Shown here one piece after another: positions 1-11,050 of a DNA stretch of 64,000 nt. The notes under the pieces were generated by a model that was given only the letters and a program-made list of their open reading frames with translations, had not been told where the DNA came from and searched no databases. Location: the NCBI RefSeq assembly GCF_001194135.2, contig NC_068983.1, positions 151,364,200 through 151,428,199 of the forward strand, in the 5' to 3' direction. The stretch comes from Octopus bimaculoides (Eukaryota). Position 1 is the first letter of the stretch. Every line of letters begins with the position of its first letter. A program made the translations under genes and the position numbers.

Positions 1-19
1 GGCCGTTTCCTTATCTTAA
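1..19 (-). CDS. Candidate coding exon (exon 3) of a minus-strand gene, running off the left edge
   Basis: Minus-strand acceptor gtttttatgttttag (AG at 21/20). Joined to the 425-483 exon it keeps the frame open: ...AKQT|IKIRKR. Inference only; protein not recognised. Confidence 0.35.
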
Positions 20-424
20 CTAAAACATAAAAACATCCGAGTGCATAACGAAGACACAGATTCCGGCTGCCCTCAAACATAATTCGTTTTTTCTTTCATT
101 TTATCCGCGAATAATACATTGATTCATTCCATAGGCATGCGACTAGCTAATGGGAAGCCTCTAGAGAGTCGCTCAACCTACTAAAGATAGCGCAAAAATC
201 CTTCTTCGGCTCACAGCAATGACGATGACTTAGTCAGAAAGCAACTCACAACCGGAACAGGAATTGTTGTTACCAATGATGTCTAACTCCAGCATTAAAC
301 CTATTTCAGATAAAATCTATACAAAACTTCCTTGATGTGTTTTCCCTTTCATATTAAAGAAGTTAAGGAGTTAGCTGAAGGAGAATTAAATTTTAGCAGT
401 CTGAGGAATTGTATAGAGGCTCAC

Positions 425-483
425 TTGTTTGTTTTGCTTCTGCCATTGTCTTCCTCGTTGCTGTTGATTGAACCTTATCTTCC
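425..483 (-). CDS. Candidate 59-nt exon (exon 2) containing a probable start codon at 446 (MAEAKQT...)
   Basis: Minus-strand acceptor tatatttgcttgttcag (AG at 485/484), donor GTGAGC (424-419), ATG in ACAATGG context at 446-444. Confidence 0.45.
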
Positions 484-841
484 CTGAACAAGCAAATATA
501 TTCCAATCGTGACCATCCTATATGTGCCAGAATCTCTATACCACACTATCCAACGTGTCTTTTTTTTATAACACAATAGAACTTGATTTGAGAAAGATTT
601 TACTTTTATTTGTAGTTGGTCAACATATCGCTCAAAGCTCCACTTCCTTCAAGCTAATGTGGTGATGCTTTCTACCACGGAGTCAGTCATCATCCCCAAC
701 CAACGAACAAAAGTTGATCATGCTCAGTAATTGAATCATCGACCACCTTCGTACATTCAGTTCTTGATACACAATGTGAAGCTTATTTCGTTTTTATCGT
801 TATTGTATCCACCACTGACCACATCATTCCCTTTCACATAC

Positions 842-890
842 CATCCGGAAGTGGGGTACAGTACTACCAGAAAGAAAGACAGAGGAAGTG
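842..890 (-). other. Candidate first (mostly non-coding) exon
   Basis: Strong donor ATG|GTATGT (GT at 841/840). Pyrimidine-rich start CTTCCTCTGTCTTTCTTTC on the minus strand. 5' boundary is a guess. Confidence 0.35.
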
Positions 891-896
891 ACGTGG
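845..896. promoter_or_regulatory. ETS site plus ETS-CRE composite (housekeeping-promoter-like)
   Basis: CCGGAAGTG at 845-853 and GGAAGTGACGTGG at 884-896. Confidence 0.45.
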
Positions 897-1429
897 CAAT
901 TGAATGATACAACAATACTATTAGCAACAATATTCCCCCTTCTTTTTTTTTTTTTTAAAAGAAAAAAGGAAGAGAAGATTTAAATGGAATGAAATAAAGT
1001 TAAGAAAATATTAGAAAATAAAAAGCAGAGTTTGAACTTAAAAATCATTTTCCTGGAATGAATCAACAGAATTATGCTGGTAGTATATATACATGACATA
1101 CCTAAAATCCTATGGGAAATCTTTCCCTTCTCATGATGAGTTTGCAAATCTCACAAAATATTCGTGACTTCCTCTCTTTCAATAAAGACAATAAAGAGGC
1201 AAAATGCAAACACCCACCCGCATACCTACACATAGACACACATACACATAGACACACATACACATACCAATAAATATATAGATACTACGCACATACTAAT
1301 ACACGCATACAACAAGATTACCTTTAAACATTTATACATCAACAAATACATTTATTCAAATCCACACAGAATATTGAATGTACATATATACACATAAACG
1401 CACGTAAAACACACACTGAAAGAATGACA

Positions 1430-1431
<2 letters not shown>

Positions 1432-1505
<74 letters not shown>
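1432..1505. repeat. (TA)n microsatellite
   Basis: Perfect dinucleotide run. Confidence 0.98.
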
Positions 1506-1508
<3 letters not shown>

Positions 1509-1958
1509 TAGATTCACATGTCTGCAAACACACAGAGATGTGTGTACGTTCCGGCAAATTACAAAAACGCATGAATACAAATATTGACACCAACATACAA
1601 ATAATAATACAAACATCTACGCTCGGAGAAATATAAAAAAAAAGCAAAGAAACCAACAGAAACAACCACATACATATACGCACATATCCATACTTATAAA
1701 TCTTTCTCTAAAATAAGAGTATTCCTATGGTATGTATGTGTAAGTATGTGAGTATGTATATGAGTGTAACCAGAGAACAGGAGGAAGTTATACTCAAACA
1801 GTCGGCCTGTAAGCAATAATGTGACACTGCTAAAGTCACCTAAGGACCAAATGGTGTTCAGTGCTAAGCCGAATGACGGACTCAGTAACCAACAAGCAAA
1901 TTAATTGGAATGAATTTCAGTATAAGATGTAGTTTGTCTAAAATCTACTCACGCACAT

Positions 1959-2343
1959 GTGGAGGCGCAATGGCCCAGTGGTTAGGGCAGCGGAATTGCG
2001 GTCATAGGATCGCGGTTTCGATTCCCAGACCAGTAGTTGTGAGTGTTTATTGAGCGAAAACACCTAAAAGCTCCACGAGGCTCCGGCAGAGGATGGTGGC
2101 GAACCCTGCTGTACTCTTTCACCACAACTTTCTCTCACTCTTACTTCCTGTTTCTGTTGTGCCTGTAATTCAAATGGTCAGCCTTGGCACACTCTGTGTC
2201 ACGCAGAATATCCCCGAGAAGTACGTTAAGGGTACACGTGTCTGTGGAGTGCTCAGCCACTTGCACGTTAATTTCACGAGCAGGCTGTTCCGTTGATCGG
2301 ATCAACTGGAACCCTCGACGTCATAAGCGACGGAGAGCCAACA
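1959..2343 (+). mobile_element. Full-length tRNA-derived SINE (family D)
   Basis: A box TGGCCCAGTGG, B box GGTTTCGATTCCC, 3' hairpin at 2287-2312, CAA-type tail. Perfect 12-bp TSD ACTCACGCACAT at 1947-1958 and 2344-2355. Confidence 0.9.
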
Positions 2344-2435
2344 ACTCACGCACATACCTTATGAACTAACATGACTTGAATTGAACAAAATTGTTTGTCT
2401 TTATCTCTTCATTAAAAATGTCTCTTATTTTCTAT

Positions 2436-2609
2436 TTCTTATATGTTTCAGTCATTTGACTGCGGGCCGCTGGAGCACCGCCTTGAAGAATATTTAGTAG
2501 AGTTAATCGACCCCAGTATTTACTTTTTTACGGCCTGGCACTTATTCTATCGGTCTCTTTTACCGAACCGCTAGGTAACGGGGACGTAAACACACCCCCA
2601 CACCAACAC
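2436..2609 (-). mobile_element. SINE A/B family, 3' (B) domain only
   Basis: Homologous to 58231-58440, 29471-29665 and 37040-37204 (gtcattagactgcggcc...gaaccgctaagttacggggacgtaaacac). Confidence 0.85.
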
Positions 2610-3668
2610 ATAAAAATGTGGATGAACTTCTTTTCATTGAATCCATTTAACCTTCATTTCACTATTAAATAATAAAAATCATTCTTCACGAGACGAATCT
2701 TTAGTTTGCAATGGAAAGTACCAATAAACGAGCAACTTTCTCTCTCTCTCTCTCTCTCTCTCACTCACTCGACGCGCTCTCTCTCTCACACACATACTCT
2801 CTCTGTCCTTCTGTCTGTCTTTCTGTTTGCCTCTGTCTTTCTCTCTCTCTCTCACTCTCTATGCATGTACACACACACAGACAGACACACACACACACAC
2901 ACACTTCTCAAGCATCCGCATGTGCATTTGCGTGAGTATATCTTTTTACACACAGTCACACATTAAGTTATCAAACTTCACTGGATGATGAAATATACGA
3001 CAGAGTGAAATGTATTATTTATATGCAACACCTTACTGCTCTCTGATCCACCTACATATACATATAGGGATACAAACTTTGGTTAGATACTCTTCACACA
3101 CACACACGCACCCCCCCCATTCATAAACACACATAAGTTTATGCATATATGCATGCATGCACTTACCCACCAACTTGTATATAAGTACATATATATTTAT
3201 ATATATATAATTATATATTCATATATGTATATATATATATATGCATGTATGAATATATAACTATATATATATATAACTATATATATATATATATATATAT
3301 NNNNNNNNNNNNNNNNNNNNNNNNNNNNNNNNNNNNNNNNNNNNNNNNNNNNNNNNNNNNNNNNNNNNNNNNNNNNNNNNNNNNNNNNNNNNNNNNNNNN
3401 NNNNNNNNNNNNNNNNNNNNNNNNNNNNNNNNNNATATATGTATTTAAAGATACACGTGCTGACGCACAGACATATGCATACACACAGAAGTACTCACAC
3501 GCATATTTAAAATACCCACCCACCCTTGTATACAGGCATACATATATACATACTTATATAAAAACAACATAGACATGCATACATACATACATATATATAT
3601 AGAGAGAGACATACATACAATCCATCGAAACATATGTAGACATATATCAACATATACCTCGGCAATGG

Positions 3669-3894
3669 CTGTCAGCGTTTAGTTTCCCTAATGACCCCTT
3701 TAAATGGATCGAGCTGACGCATTATTTGACAGGAACGAACCGAAATGGGAAGGTAGGTATTAAGGTATATGGCACAAAAAAATAAAGGGGGCTCTTCGTA
3801 AGAATCACCTTTGACATCTTGACATTTGACATACGAGTGACAAGACAAACTGAAGAGCTGATTGGTGGCATCTGCTTTCTTCCTTGCATGACAG
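3669..3894. promoter_or_regulatory. Homotypic cluster of TGACA(G) TALE-homeodomain-type motifs; candidate enhancer
   Basis: Seven TGACA cores (3670 rc, 3727, 3812, 3820, 3827, 3838, 3889) plus TGATTGG, in a complex island between SSR blocks. Confidence 0.35.
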
Positions 3895-3933
3895 CCGTAC
3901 ATTTATTTACTATTATTTAACATAGTTGTATGC

Positions 3934-3964
<31 letters not shown>

Positions 3965-3965
3965 C

Positions 3966-3996
<31 letters not shown>

Positions 3997-4172
3997 CACA
4001 TAGACATACACACGCATACATATAAACACTTGAATGCAAAAGCATATGTATGTGTATGTAGATATATTCATGTATCCGCACGTGCATCTGTATGTGCCTA
4101 CGTGCGCACATACATAGATACCTGAATACCTGAGTACATACAAAAATAAAGCAAAATGCAAGTACTTTGGCA

Positions 4173-4345
4173 AGCGAGAAATAGCTGCCAGAGCACCCAC
4201 AAATCACGTTTCAGGGTTGGGAAAATATACGTAGATGTTAACGTTATCCTAGAACCCATACTATGTTGAAAAATAACGTTTGGTTTGTCAGGACTGGCTT
4301 TGATCATAGTTCTTCTACTCTATCGAAGATGGCCTGGGATTTTGG
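4173..4345 (+). mobile_element. Old dispersed repeat (family E, probable SINE/LINE 3' part); related pieces at 8552-8780, 12490-12535 (-) and 60945-60985
   Basis: ctttgat(c/t)atagttct is shared by 4298-4313 and 8575-8590 (15/16). An agaaatagc..ccaaat-like motif is shared with 12490-12535 and 60945-60985. Confidence 0.4.
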
Positions 4346-5213
4346 TTCCTGGCTACATCGACCTTTGTTATGACTAGGTAGTTAGCCGACCATCAGCATG
4401 CCGCAGAATTTTTTAGTTTCATAAATATTATCGTTTTAGGGATCCAGGATAAGACTGAGTTGATGTACTGGCAATCTTTATATCGTTGTTATTTTTAGTT
4501 TTAAACGATGTTTCAGTTTATTAACAAACCGGAGGTGAAGTGGTTGTGTATCAATTTGACCTAATAACACCACTAAATATCTGCAATAGAATGGCTTGTC
4601 GCAAACATGCACATGCAACAATAATTCTTTTAATTAATATAGTATATATAAACACATATATATACATGCACACACACAGACACACACTCACACACACCAC
4701 ACACACGTATAAATATGGAGAGAGAGAGACAGACAGAGAAAGAAAGGAAGTGAGAAAGGAAAAAGAAAGAAAGAACGAAAAAGAAAGAAGGAAATAAATA
4801 AATATATAAATAAAGAAAGGTTGAAAGAGTGAATGAACGAATGAATGAAAGAAAGAAAGAAAGAAAGAAATGCTGGTCATGAATCTTCAGTGCTGAGAGA
4901 GTTCATTAGAAAACGATTGGATGTCTGGCACCGCACATGCAGAAGATATATATATAGATATATCTGTTCTTTTATGCATTTCAGCCTAAAGGCTGTGTCC
5001 ATACTAGGGTACATGTGTGTGTCTCTATGCATGTACATCTATATATGTACATCTATGTATGTACACACACACACACACGCGCGCGCATACATATGTACGT
5101 CCATTGTTGAATATTTTATGTTAATAAGTTATATTTAAAAGTAACCATAACAGATGAATTTAAGCTCCATTTCTTTACCACTCTTGCCAGTTCTACCCTA
5201 TCTCTCCCTTTCT

Positions 5214-5255
<42 letters not shown>

Positions 5256-5265
5256 NNNNNNNNNN

Positions 5266-5303
<38 letters not shown>

Positions 5304-5342
5304 TCTCTCTTTGTTTCTTATTTATTGTCTTAGAGTTTCAGA

Positions 5343-5460
5343 GAAAATGCTCTGCGGAATTGGTTGCAGTTCTTTACAATCTGAGTTCAAAGCCCTCCAA
5401 GATCATCCTTACCTTTCACCCATACGGGATAGATAAAAGATCAAATACCAGTTAAATACG
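5343..5460 (+). mobile_element. Highly diverged SINE-C fragment
   Basis: aaaatgc..gcgg, ctgagttcaaa B box and gataaaa..taccagtt remnants. Confidence 0.5.
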
Positions 5461-5530
5461 GTCCCATTATGCAACTAATCCTTTTCCTTATAAATCTATT
5501 GATGTACTTTAATCAGAATCCATTTATATT

Positions 5531-5901
5531 CTCTTTTACTCCTTTACTTGTTTCAGTCATTAGACTGCGGCCACAAAAACATTTTAGCCGAATGACTCCA
5601 GTGTTGTTTTATGTTTTATCGACTCCAGTGTTGTCTTATTTTTTTAAAATGTTTCTAAGTTACGGGGGGGCGGGCGTAAACACACCAACACCAGTTGTGA
5701 AGCTGTGTGTGTGTGTGTATGTGTGTATGGAGGGAGAAACAGACAGACAGAAACGCACACACATATATATACGACGGGCTTCTTTCAGTCTCCGTCTACC
5801 AAATCCACTCAGAAGGTTTTGTTCGGCCCGAGGATATAGAAGAGGTCACTTACCCAAGGTGCCATGCAATGGGACTGAACCCGGAAGCATGTGGTTGGGA
5901 A
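5531..5901 (-). mobile_element. SINE A/B (CORE-type head + internal SSR + B tail), 5'-truncated
   Basis: rc of B box ggttcagtccc and CORE-like ggcaccttgggtaagt at 5769-5901, SSR at about 5705-5770, B domain at 5531-5700. Confidence 0.85.
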
Positions 5902-6579
5902 ATTTGTATATAATATGAAATATATAATATTTTTTCGCCTGTTTTGGGGGGACAGTTCAACATAATATTTAATGAAGTATATAAAATATTTAAAGCATTT
6001 CACATTATCGTTTTACTATTATAAACAATAAAATTTCCATTTTATTGGATGATAATATTCTAAATACCAAAACGAAATTTCCCTCATGTCCCGGAGAGAA
6101 AATACTTAGCATTGTGTGAAAAATAAGTTTTGGAACAGAAGATAACCATCGGTAAATGAAAATGGTGGTGTAAAAAACAAAACAAAAATACAAAGGTGTC
6201 TTAATGATTCATAAATGACGCACTCATGAGCACATATATATATATATGCATATATTCTTTTTGAACCTATGTATATTTGTATGTATGTGTGTATATATAC
6301 ATATATATATATATATTTATTTATATATGTCTATAGACATATATGTACCTACTTAAGTATATATTTACTTATATATGTGTATGTACATATGCCACTGTAT
6401 TTATATATCTCTACTCACACAAACACACACTCTTCTTCTGTTCCCCTTCTTTTCTGGTTTGCATTTTGTCTTAGCTTCTTTCTTTCTTTCTTCCTTACCT
6501 ATCCCCATCCCTTTCGCAGTACACAAAATAATACGTACATGTACACACACACACACAATCACACACATAGCCCCTGTCA

Positions 6580-6613
<34 letters not shown>

Positions 6614-7200
6614 TACAGAAAGCCACAATCCGTCTCCTTCCAATCCACAACACGCTGATCTTTTAAATTGCACTTCAAGCAGATTGCTGTCAGACTATTA
6701 GAATCTCTTTAGAATTTACTTTTACTTTACTTGATCGTGGTTTCACACGCACACAAACACACTTAGACATACAATGACACACACATAAAAAAAAAAGTAC
6801 ACACAAAACACACGCACTTACGTATGTTAATATTGCCCCCTCACAAACACATACATGTATCTATCATCTCTATACATATATGCGTCTAGAGAATTATATA
6901 TAAAATACATACCAGGCACTCTTCATCCACTTTCTCTCCTATAACACTACTTCCTCTCCTATAACACCACTTCCTCTTCCTTCTTCTGCTCTGTATTACC
7001 TCTCCCTTATCCCTTTAGCTACACCTGCAGTTGCCCTGCCTGTATTTGTCTTAACATTATTTATGTTTCCATTGAATAATGCCTTCTGCTAACAGCTTTC
7101 TTTTTATGGCATCTCTGCATACAATACACACACACACACACAAACAAACCACACACACATGCATGCATACATTTGTATGTGTGCGTGGATTCGGTGTTCA

Positions 7201-7249
7201 CAGCTGATGAAGTAAGCACGCATGCGTCCTACGGTCTAATGACGTCATT
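7201..7249. promoter_or_regulatory. Cluster of palindromes: CAGCTG, ACGCATGCGT, AATGACGTCATT (full CRE)
   Basis: Directly visible at 7201-7206, 7218-7227 and 7238-7249. Confidence 0.3.
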
Positions 7250-7402
7250 CGTAGCCAAGTGATGTATTTTCCCAAATATTGATAAAAAAAAAAAAGAATA
7301 ATACATTTTCCACATGTTAGGTATTTCCAGGTCCGAGTGTACACGAACGTGTTGTATATACACGTCTATACTTCAGTCAACGCTGAAGTATATGAACACA
7401 TA

Positions 7403-7518
7403 TAGGAGCAGGCGTGGCTGTGTGGTAAGAAGCTTGCTTCCCAACCACATGGTTCCGGGTTCAGTCTCACTGCGTGCACCTTAGGCAAGTGTCTTCTACT
7501 ATAGCTTCGGGCCGACCA
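7403..7518 (+). mobile_element. SINE A head + CORE, 3'-truncated into (TACA)n
   Basis: A box TGGCTGTGTGGT, B box GGTTCAGTCTC, accttaggcaagtgtctt. Confidence 0.9.
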
Positions 7519-8023
7519 TACATACGCACGTACATACATACGTACATGCATACATACATGCATACATATACATACACATGCATATATATATAATGGGGTA
7601 TATATACATATGCATGTGTATCGTAGTGTGGGAGGGCGTGGATGTGTGTGTGAGAGAATGTATGGGTGTTATGATAAAACTGATAGCTTTCAATTCTAGC
7701 GCCTCCAAATCCTTCTTACTATGACCTTTACCGTCACAACCACAATCACCGTCATCTTCATCAAAGCCACTCTCACTGCCACCATTATTACCATCGTCAT
7801 CACTATCATCAATATCAGCAGCAAAACTAACATCATAATTAACATAACAGTCTTCAACTACCAGCATAATCTGCAGCATAAAAACAAACAACAATGAAGC
7901 AACGAAGACGACCTCTAAGTGATCGTTGGACTTAAAAAATGTAGCAGAAAAATTTTCCTCATTGTACTCGCTTGTCTGTTTTTAAAGAACATTTTAAATA
8001 ATATGGCTGTAGGTTCCTTGCAT

Positions 8024-8543
8024 ATGATCGATCTCGATTACTGGGACCGCCTTGAAGCTCTGAAACTACTCTCTCCAGCGAACCTGCGAGCGGTACATCA
8101 TTTCTACGATGTGGAGAATATACCGCCAGCATTGCCCAAACGACCTAAACATTAGTTTCAAGGTTCATCCAAAGCTGGGGCCACGGGCCATACGTCCCCT
8201 GCCCAATTCAGGATCACAACATATAGGTAGACTGCGACACAATTTCTTTTCCTCATCAGGCCCTGCCCTGTTTAACATTGCCCCAAAACTGATCAAAGAG
8301 GAAAAGGGCCCCGTCACCTTTAAACAGAATCTGGACAAATTTCTTCAAGGAATACCAGGTAAACCACCTATACTTGGATACAACTCACTCAACAAGAACT
8401 CCCTACTTGAATGGATTATGATACCACAAAACTTGACTCAAAAAGGATTTAGATAATCCTATCACGTGGTGCTATAAAGTTAGACATGGCCTGGACCAAT
8501 CTTTGGTCGAAACATATCTAAGTTTATCAAAGTTTAAGTTTAT
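8024..8543 (+). mobile_element. 5'-truncated CR1/L2-group LINE 3' end (ORF2 C-terminus, frameshifted)
   Basis: YWDRLEALKL /fs/ YSLQRTCERYIISTMWRI...RHNFFSSSGPALFNI...FKQNLDKFLQGIP...NSLLEW matches the CR1/L2-type post-RT C-terminal pattern; short AAGTTT tandem tail. Confidence 0.85.
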
Positions 8544-8777
8544 GAAAAAAGTGGGACGCTCATGCTTGGAATGACTTTGATTATAGTTCTGTTTGATCAC
8601 GGTTGAACAGTAATAACATAATAATAGTTTTTACCGTTAAACGATGGGATGGTCACGGCTGGCTTGCAGATTGTGGTGGTGTTAGAAATGGCGGTCATTA
8701 CTTTTATCACGAAGCACACACACACGTGTGAATATCAATGATTGATGTGTTCGATCGGAGCTGACCCGGGGCTAAAC

Positions 8778-9149
8778 AGCAGCAGCAGCACCACCACCAT
8801 TAGCACCAGCACCACCAGCACCAGCACCACCACCACCACTACTACCAACAAACAACAACAACATATCCATAATCACATTATCACAAGCCATTAACACCAA
8901 CGCAATGAATAACGTCAAAACCACCGCCACCACCACCACCATCACCATCACCATCACCACCACCACCATCACCATCACCACCATCACCATCACCATCACC
9001 ACCACCACCACCACCATCACCACCATCACCATCACCATCACCACCACCACCATCACCATCACCATCACCATCACCACCACCATCACCACCACCATCACCA
9101 CCATTACCATCACCATCACCACCACCATCAACACCAGTAACACAGCTAT
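8778..9149. repeat. Compound (CAG/CAC/ACC/ATC)n trinucleotide tract ending in a gap
   Basis: Visible period-3 repeats. Confidence 0.9.
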
Positions 9150-10090
9150 NNNNNNNNNNNNNNNNNNNNNNNNNNNNNNNNNNNNNNNNNNNNNNNNNNN
9201 NNNNNNNNNNNNNNNNNNNNNNNNNNNNNNNNNNNNNNNNNNNNNNNNNNNNNNNNNNNNNNNNNNNNNNNNNNNNNNNNNNNNNNNNNNNNNNNNNNNN
9301 NNNNNNNNNNNNNNNNNNNNNNNNNNNNNNNNNNNNNNNNNNNNNNNNNNNNNNNNNNNNNNNNNNNNNNNNNNNNNNNNNNNNNNNNNNNNNNNNNNNN
9401 NNNNNNNNNNNNNNNNNNNNNNNNNNNNNNNNNNNNNNNNNNNNNNNNNNNNNNNNNNNNNNNNNNNNNNNNNNNNNNNNNNNNNNNNNNNNNNNNNNNN
9501 NNNNNNNNNNNNNNNNNNNNNNNNNNNNNNNNNNNNNNNNNNNNNNNNNNNNNNNNNNNNNNNNNNNNNNNNNNNNNNNNNNNNNNNNNNNNNNNNNNNN
9601 NNNNNNNNNNNNNNNNNNNNNNNNNNNNNNNNNNNNNNNNNNNNNNNNNNNNNNNNNNNNNNNNNNNNNNNNNNNNNNNNNNNNNNNNNNNNNNNNNNNN
9701 NNNNNNNNNNNNNNNNNNNNGGTAATAACTCCCAAATCATCAATTCCCTCATTCGTTTATCAGTCTAAGTCAGTCAGTCAGTCAGTCAGACATTTTCTTC
9801 TTTACATCCCTAATAGTTTATCTCTTCTTCTCTTCCTTCACCACCTTTTCCTCTAGCCTTCCAGCCAGCCAGCCAGCCAGCCAGTCAGCCAGCTAACCAA
9901 CCTACCAGCCAGCCAGCCAGCCAACGAGTCAGTCACTCAGGCAGTCATCAGCCATGCTGCTGTCCGCCGGGGCCCAGTACAAGGAATAAGTTCACACCTT
10001 CTTACTGTTTGTGCAGCTGTGTCCCTCCTCATGACAAACTAGCCGGTCTGTTCCGTTCTCATTTGCTTTGTCTCCCTCTATCTCTCTCTG

Positions 10091-10125
<35 letters not shown>

Positions 10126-10317
10126 TTCCCTCCCCTCTCTCTCTCTTTCCCTCCCCCTCTCTCTGTCTTTCCCCCTCTCTCTCTCTCTTACCCTTCCCCC
10201 TCTCTTTCTTTCCTTCACACACACTCAAACACTTCCTAAGCTGCATTCTACTTTCACTTTCTGCCGCGATGCCACCACTTCTGCCTTGTTATTGTCATTA
10301 TTATTAAAACCACCATC

Positions 10318-10531
10318 TAAGGCGGCGAGATGGCAGAATCGTTAGCACGCTGGTCGAAATGCTTAGTGTTATTTCGCCCGTCGCTACGTTCTGGGTTCAA
10401 CTTCTGCCAAGATCGGCTTTGCCTCTCATCCTTTCGGGATCGATAAATTAAGTATCAGTGAAACACTGGGGTCGATGTAACCGACTCATCCTCTCCTCTT
10501 CAGGCCTTGTGCCTATAATAGAAAGGATTAT
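10318..10531 (+). mobile_element. SINE-C, full length, C1 tail
   Basis: taaggcggcgagatggcagaatcgttagc head, B box gggttcaacttc, tail aggccttgtgcctataatagaaaggattatt. Confidence 0.92.
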
Positions 10532-10540
10532 TAAAACCAC

Positions 10541-10730
10541 TAAGGCGGTGAGCTGGCAGAATCATTACCGCGCCGGACAAAATGTTTAGCGGCATTTCGT
10601 TCGTCTTCACGCTCTGAATTCAAATTCAACCGAGGTCAACTTTGCCTTTCATCCTTTCGGGATGAATACTAGAGCTGATTTACCCACTACCCACAAATTG
10701 CTGGCCTTGCGCTAAAGTTTGAAATTATTG
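10541..10730 (+). mobile_element. SINE-C, C3 tail, internal deletion; head-to-tail with the previous copy
   Basis: Head taaggcggtgagctggcagaatc; tail ctggccttgcgctaaagtttgaaattatt. Confidence 0.88.
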
Positions 10731-10852
10731 TAATTAAAACCACTGCAATCAGTTTTAAAACAATAAAGACGACAACGACCACGACGACCACCACCACTAC
10801 CACCATCACCAGAACAACAAATTCACTATCAATATTATATCCAGAGCAAATC

Positions 10853-11050
10853 GGCGAGCTGGCAGAAAAGTTAGCACGCCGGGCGCGTCTGTCTTTACGT
10901 TCTGAGTTCAAATTCCGCCGAAGTCGACTTTGCCTTTCATCCTTTCGGGATCGATAAATTAAGTAACCAATTACGCACTGGGATCGATCTAATCGACTGG
11001 CCCTTCCCCGCAAATTTCGGGCTTTGTGTCTAGAGTAGAAAAGATTATTA
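10853..11050 (+). mobile_element. SINE-C, C1 tail, lacking the 18-nt head hairpin
   Basis: Junction gggcg|cgtctgtc at 10885/10886; the rest is near consensus. Confidence 0.9.

Noticed and set aside
1961-2035. tRNA-like sequences here and at other SINE heads (25899, 45552, 48898)
   Set aside because: Acceptor stems do not pair fully and each continues into a repeated SINE body, so they are not tRNA genes.
3733-3752. Possible 20-nt plus-strand microexon (ttgacag|...GAAG|gtaggt)
   Set aside because: Weak polypyrimidine tract, not a multiple of 3, and no partner exons.
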